Part shown: piece by piece, positions 60,947-64,000 of the stretch
How positions within the stretch are numbered: the first letter of the stretch is position 1
Layout: each line of letters starts with the position of its first letter
Source: an uncultured Cellulophaga sp.
GTDB taxonomy: Bacteria; Bacteroidota; Bacteroidia; Flavobacteriales; Flavobacteriaceae
Length of the DNA: 64,000 nt
Assembly: GCA_947492955.1 (NCBI GenBank)
Contig: CANLOV010000013.1
Location: 2,276 to 66,275 of the forward strand
Direction: 5' to 3'
Notes under the pieces: model-generated
Told to the model about the DNA's origin: nothing
Seen by the model: the letters and a program-made list of their open reading frames with translations, nothing else
The model's database searches: none
Position numbers and translations under genes: made by a program

Positions 60947-61000
60947 GCTTAGTAAACTTAAGAATTAAATAGTATTAAAATAAAATTAACATTTTAAATT

Positions 61001-61030
61001 TTGTTTTGTAGACGAGTGGTCATAATTTTG
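61001..61030 (+). promoter_or_regulatory. Bacteroidota-type promoter of the TetR gene
   Basis: TTG (61001..61003), a 19 nt spacer, then TAATTTTG (61023..61030). It lies 17 nt upstream of the ATG at 61047. Confidence 0.5.
61007..61022. promoter_or_regulatory. Candidate TetR operator, site 1
   Basis: TGTAGACGAGTGGTCA fills the promoter spacer. A 14/16 identical copy lies at 61660..61675. Confidence 0.45.
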
Positions 61031-61046
61031 ATTAAGGTTTGAATAA

Positions 61047-61643
61047 ATGACGAAGATGTTAAATAGTGAAGTAAAATCTGATTTCCTAATAGAAAAGGGA
61101 ATAGAGTTGCTATGGTCCAAAGGTTATAATGGTACCAGTGTTAATGATATTGTAAAAGCTGCGGATGTACCTAAAGGTTCCTTTTATTTTTATTTTAAAA
61201 GCAAAGAAGATTTTGTTATAAAGGTTATAGAGAAATATTTTGATTGTCATTTTGGTCCGGCAAAGCAAATATTAAACAACAAATTAATCTCACCCAAACA
61301 AAGACTTTTAGATTTTCATCAGTATCGATATGATATGTTAAAGAATGAAATGGAATTTACCAAAGGTTGTTTGGCATGTAACATAGGAACAGAAATGTCT
61401 GATCATAATGAGAATATTAGGCAAGCAATTATGGTAAAAGAGCAACTGGTCTTATCTCTCATAGCAGATGTAATAAAGGAAGCCCAAGATTTAGGAGAAA
61501 TTAATAAAACAATTAAAGCAGAAGATATGGCTGCTTTTATAGAAGACGCAGGAAAAGGAGCTATGACAACAATGAAAGAGATGAAGAGTTCTTACCCTAT
61601 AGATAATTTTATGAATGTTATTAAAACAATCTTTATAAGATAA
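61047..61643 (+). CDS. TetR/AcrR-family transcriptional regulator
   Basis: 198 aa. N-terminal HTH: GYNGTSVNDIVKAADVPKGSFYFYFKSKEDF. Confidence 0.9.
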   Translation: MTKMLNSEVKSDFLIEKGIELLWSKGYNGTSVNDIVKAADVPKGSFYFYFKSKEDFVIKVIEKYFDCHFGPAKQILNNKLISPKQRLLDFHQYRYDMLKNEMEFTKGCLACNIGTEMSDHNENIRQAIMVKEQLVLSLIADVIKEAQDLGEINKTIKAEDMAAFIEDAGKGAMTTMKEMKSSYPIDNFMNVIKTIFIR

Positions 61644-61659
61644 TTTTTTTTGCAATTTG

Positions 61660-61675
61660 TGTAGATGACTGGTCA
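61660..61675. promoter_or_regulatory. Candidate TetR operator, site 2 (upstream of the MMPL/RND gene)
   Basis: TGTAGATGACTGGTCA, 14/16 identical to site 1. It lies 105 nt upstream of the transporter ATG. Confidence 0.4.
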
Positions 61676-61779
61676 ACTATAGTAAAATAATTTAAATAAT
61701 TGTCCATTAATTAAAAATAGAATCGTCAATAAGTAAAAAAAGGTAATTACAGATTAATTAACAACAACAAACAACAAAA

Positions 61780-64000
61780 ATGAATGCACTAAAAAAAATG
61801 GAAAAATCGTCCAGTAGCTTTGTAGCAAAATGGTCAGAATTTGTAATTAAGAATAAATGGATTGTTTTAGGTCTAACATTACTTTTAGCCTTAGGATTAG
61901 GTTCTCAAGGAAAAATGGAGTTTGATGGAGACTACCATGTATTCTTTAGTGAATCTAACCCCGAATTAGAAGCTTTTGATGCACTACAGGAAAAATACAC
62001 CAAAGATGATAATGTTATTTTGGTATTGTCTCCTGATAATGAAAATGTTTTTACTAAAGAAAATTTAGTAGCTATAGAAGAGCTAACAGCAGAAGCATGG
62101 AATACACCTTATTCTTCTAGAGTAGATGCTATTACTAACTTTCAGCATACAAGAGCAGATGGAGACGATTTGTATGTAGATGATTTATCGTATGAGTCTT
62201 CCTTAAAAACAAACGAGGAAATAGCAGAAGTAAAGAAAAATGCATTAAAAGAGCCTTTATTAGTTAATCGTATTATTAATAAAGAAGGAAGTGTTACAGC
62301 AATAAATATTACGGTTAAATTGCCTGGGAAAGATAGTTCTAAAGAAATTCCAGAAGTAACGGCCTTTGTTAGATCTATGGTTGCTAAATTTAAAGATCAG
62401 CACCCTAATTTTAAGGTACATTCATCTGGTTTAGTACCTTTAAATACAGCTTTTTTTGAAGCCTCTATGCGAGATTTAATGTTAACAATGATAATGTTAC
62501 TTATTGTTATTATAACAACATTTATATTAACCAGAAATATTTATGCAACGATAGCCACATCAATTGTAGTAATAGCATCTATTATTAGTGCAGTAGGTTT
62601 TGTAGGTTTAACAGGATTAAAATTAACGCCACCATCAGCAGTATTTCCAACAATGATATTAACATTGGCTGTGGCAGATAGTATTCATATTTTAATAACC
62701 ATGTTGCAGAAAATGCGTATAGACGGATTAGATAAATATGCCGCACTTAAAGAAGCTATGCGATTAAATTTTATGCCAGTATTTATTACTAGTTTAACAA
62801 CTATTATAGGTTTTTTAACCATGAATTTTGGAGACGTTCCTCCATTTTGGCATTTAGGAAATATAACAGCATTTGGTATGTCAATGGCTTTCCTTTTTTC
62901 AACAACATTATTACCAGCTTTAATGGCAATTTTTCCAATAAAAGCGAAAGTAAAAGTAGGAGATAAAAAAGAAAGGAAGAATGGTTATACAGCTATTGGT
63001 AATTACGTAGTTAAAAGCCCAGTAAAGCTTACCATAATTTCATCTGTAATTATATTAGGTTTAACATATTTAGCTACAAAAAATACATTTAATGATGAGT
63101 TTATTAACTATTTTGATGAGAGTGTAGAGTTTAGAACAGATACAGACTACATAAGCAAAAACTTAACAGGCATTTATAATGTAGAATACTCGGTGGCTAG
63201 TGGAGAAAGTGGAGGTATTAATAGCCCTGAGTACCTTTCAAAATTAAACGATTTCGAGGATTGGTTAAATAAGCAACCAGAGGTAATACATGTAAATGCT
63301 TTTAGCGAGGTGGCAAGGCGTGTAAACCGTTCTATGCATGGTGATCAAGAATCGTATTATAAAGTTCCTAGTAATAGAGAAGAAGCGGCTCAATATTTAT
63401 TGCTATATGAGTTGTCTTTACCCTTTGGTTTAGACTTAAATAACCAAATTAACGTAGATAAATCTGAAACACGTGTTACGGTTACTATAGAAAATGTCTC
63501 TAGTGCAGAAATGATTGAGTTTTCTAAAAGAGGGGAAGATTGGTTAAAAAAGAATACACCAGAATATATGCATGCACTAGCGGTGAGTCCAACTTTAATG
63601 TTTTCTAAGTTAGGCTTTAGACAAGCAGATAGTATGTTTAAAGGAAATATAATAGCTCTTATTTTAATTTCTATAGTACTAATGTTAGCCCTAAGAAATT
63701 TTAAATTAGGATTGTTAAGTATTATACCTAATGTAACACCGGTATTAGTAGGTTTTGGAATTTGGGCATTATACAAAGGGCAAATAAACACGGGGATGGT
63801 TATTGTTTTTGGTATGACTCTCGGTATTATTGTAGATGATACAGTGCATTTTATGAGTAAGTTTTTAAGAGCAAGGAGAGAACTAGGTTATAATGCCTCG
63901 CAAGCAGTTGTTTATGCATTTGAAACTGTAGGGAAAGCACTAGTAACAACAACGATAGTTTTATTAGCAGGGTTTACCGTATTATCAACATCATCATTTG
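61780..64000 (+). CDS. MMPL/RND-superfamily (HpnN-like) membrane transporter; C-terminus runs off the right edge
   Basis: Absent from the ORF track because there is no stop in the window. My translation from ATG 61780 is open to the window end (740 codons): MNALKKMEKSSSSFVAKWSEFVIKNKWIVLGLTLLLAL... Two blocks of TM helices are separated by a large soluble loop. The motif GIIVDDTVHFM is typical of the RND/MMPL TM4 region. Confidence 0.8.
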   Translation, partial: MNALKKMEKSSSSFVAKWSEFVIKNKWIVLGLTLLLALGLGSQGKMEFDGDYHVFFSESNPELEAFDALQEKYTKDDNVILVLSPDNENVFTKENLVAIEELTAEAWNTPYSSRVDAITNFQHTRADGDDLYVDDLSYESSLKTNEEIAEVKKNALKEPLLVNRIINKEGSVTAINITVKLPGKDSSKEIPEVTAFVRSMVAKFKDQHPNFKVHSSGLVPLNTAFFEASMRDLMLTMIMLLIVIITTFILTRNIYATIATSIVVIASIISAVGFVGLTGLKLTPPSAVFPTMILTLAVADSIHILITMLQKMRIDGLDKYAALKEAMRLNFMPVFITSLTTIIGFLTMNFGDVPPFWHLGNITAFGMSMAFLFSTTLLPALMAIFPIKAKVKVGDKKERKNGYTAIGNYVVKSPVKLTIISSVIILGLTYLATKNTFNDEFINYFDESVEFRTDTDYISKNLTGIYNVEYSVASGESGGINSPEYLSKLNDFEDWLNKQPEVIHVNAFSEVARRVNRSMHGDQESYYKVPSNREEAAQYLLLYELSLPFGLDLNNQINVDKSETRVTVTIENVSSAEMIEFSKRGEDWLKKNTPEYMHALAVSPTLMFSKLGFRQADSMFKGNIIALILISIVLMLALRNFKLGLLSIIPNVTPVLVGFGIWALYKGQINTGMVIVFGMTLGIIVDDTVHFMSKFLRARRELGYNASQAVVYAFETVGKALVTTTIVLLAGFTVLSTSSF

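Overview
This 64 kb window has low GC content. It looks like a Flavobacteriia (Bacteroidota) chromosome. The evidence is a T9SS type-B cargo/PorP-SprF/OmpA triad, a SusC/SusD pair, A-rich ribosome-binding regions without Shine-Dalgarno sequences, and TTG-N19-TAnnTTTG promoters.

About 60 percent of the window is core housekeeping. From 36978 to 54164 there is one uninterrupted str-S10-spc-alpha ribosomal super-operon (rpsL to rplQ, including fusA, secY, infA and rpoA). I added the short genes rpmD and rpmJ, which are missing from the ORF track. After the operon come carA, eno, a GT5 glycogen-synthase-like gene, gltA, an amidinotransferase-fold (DDAH-like) gene, and a TetR regulator with an MMPL/RND transporter that runs off the right edge. 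The middle part (20.8-30.7 kb) holds mpl, radC, a HAD hydrolase, rarA, a rhomboid protease, rlmB and several uncharacterised envelope proteins. It is followed by a SusC/SusD/lipoprotein locus with no CAZymes.

The first 20 kb is the least ordinary part. It contains:
- an edge-truncated LRR plus non-RD Hanks-type kinase;
- an S9 peptidase bracketed by a 59/60 bp direct repeat, one copy of which is a dead duplicate of the neighbouring gene's 3' end;
- a 2028 aa thioester-containing (CNEQ) alpha-2-macroglobulin followed by a CarboxypepD_reg-like protein and a transglutaminase-like protein;
- a membrane-anchored XRE-HTH regulator whose HTH domain is only recovered with a non-canonical (ATT/ATA) start;
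- a T9SS cargo operon.

I found no tRNA, rRNA, CRISPR array, transposase or integrase. I see no clear-cut novel multi-gene system. The candidates below are modest. All family assignments come from motif recognition by eye, not from database searches.
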